From Candidatus Woesearchaeota archaeon (GTDB taxonomy: Archaea > Nanobdellota > Nanobdellia > Woesearchaeales > SKIA01): 64,000 bases of DNA. The notes beneath the pieces were generated by a model. It ran no database searches. It was not told the origin of the DNA and was given only the letters and a program-made list of their open reading frames with translations. The position numbers were made by a program, and so were the translations under genes. This document shows positions 63,529-64,000 of this stretch, piece by piece; positions within the stretch are counted from its first letter, which is position 1; each line of letters opens with the position of its first letter. The stretch covers positions 131,890-195,889 of the forward strand of contig JBJKRI010000003.1 in NCBI GenBank assembly GCA_046704725.1, given 5' to 3'.

Positions 63529-64000
63529 TGGACTTCACGTTCCCAGACGTCGGAGAGGGCATCACCGAGGGCAAGCTCGTCGAATGGAGGGTCAAGGAGG
63601 GCGACATGGTCAAGGAGGACCAGGTCCTCGCCGATGTCGAGACCGACAAGGCCGTCGTCGAGATACCCAGCCCGCATGCCGGCACCGTCACCAAGCTCCA
63701 TGGCGCCCCGGGCGACACGATCAAGGTCGGCGACGTATTGGTGAGCTTCGACGACCAGGGCAAGGCCCCGAGCGAGCCGCATGTCTCTGCGCCGCAACCA
63801 AAGAATGCCGACGGCCGCGCGCAGGAGCGCGGCACAAAGCACATCGAATCCACGCTCACGCCGCGCCCGCCCACAGAGGCCGAGCACGATCCGCCCATCG
63901 CCGTTCCTCAACAGGCCGCGAACGCGCAAGGTCCTGTCTCCTCAACCACGCAACGCGTCCTCGCCGCTCCGAGCACGCGTCGTCTCGCCCGCGAGAAGGG
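63528..64000 (+). CDS. pdhC: Dihydrolipoamide acyltransferase E2 (3' truncated by window)
   Basis: MDFTFPDVGEGITEG..VETDKAVVEIPSP lipoyl domain; LAAPSTRRLAREKG peripheral-subunit-binding domain at window end. Confidence 0.93.
   Translation, partial: MDFTFPDVGEGITEGKLVEWRVKEGDMVKEDQVLADVETDKAVVEIPSPHAGTVTKLHGAPGDTIKVGDVLVSFDDQGKAPSEPHVSAPQPKNADGRAQERGTKHIESTLTPRPPTEAEHDPPIAVPQQAANAQGPVSSTTQRVLAAPSTRRLAREK

Overview
High-GC chromosomal segment of an archaeon, most likely a DPANN lineage such as Woesearchaeota. The basis for that call is the archaeal S13-S4-S11-Rpo3-tRNA-Leu-L18e-L13-S9 operon, Rpo10, Rpp21, Dph6, Pth2, an archaeal-type SRP RNA, class III signal-peptide proteins and TATA-type promoters, alongside bacterial-type LeuRS, GAPDH and PDH. 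The window holds three tRNAs (His, Leu, Arg), two type II toxin-antitoxin pairs, a lower-glycolysis/PDH/lipoate cluster, a redox cluster, a carbamoyltransferase-TylF-SIS region, several secreted proteins and scattered ORFans. Most notable: (1) LeuRS carries an intact ~190-aa RBBP9/YdeN-type serine hydrolase inserted in frame next to a Zn knuckle; (2) a membrane-anchored cohesin and two secreted dockerin-bearing, lyase/lectin-like proteins suggest a minimal cohesin-dockerin surface display system; (3) an orphan four-His cytochrome b; (4) a receiver-like/guanylate-kinase fusion; (5) candidate structured non-coding RNAs and operators. All calls come from motif recognition by eye. No database searches were run, and some start codons were re-picked manually.
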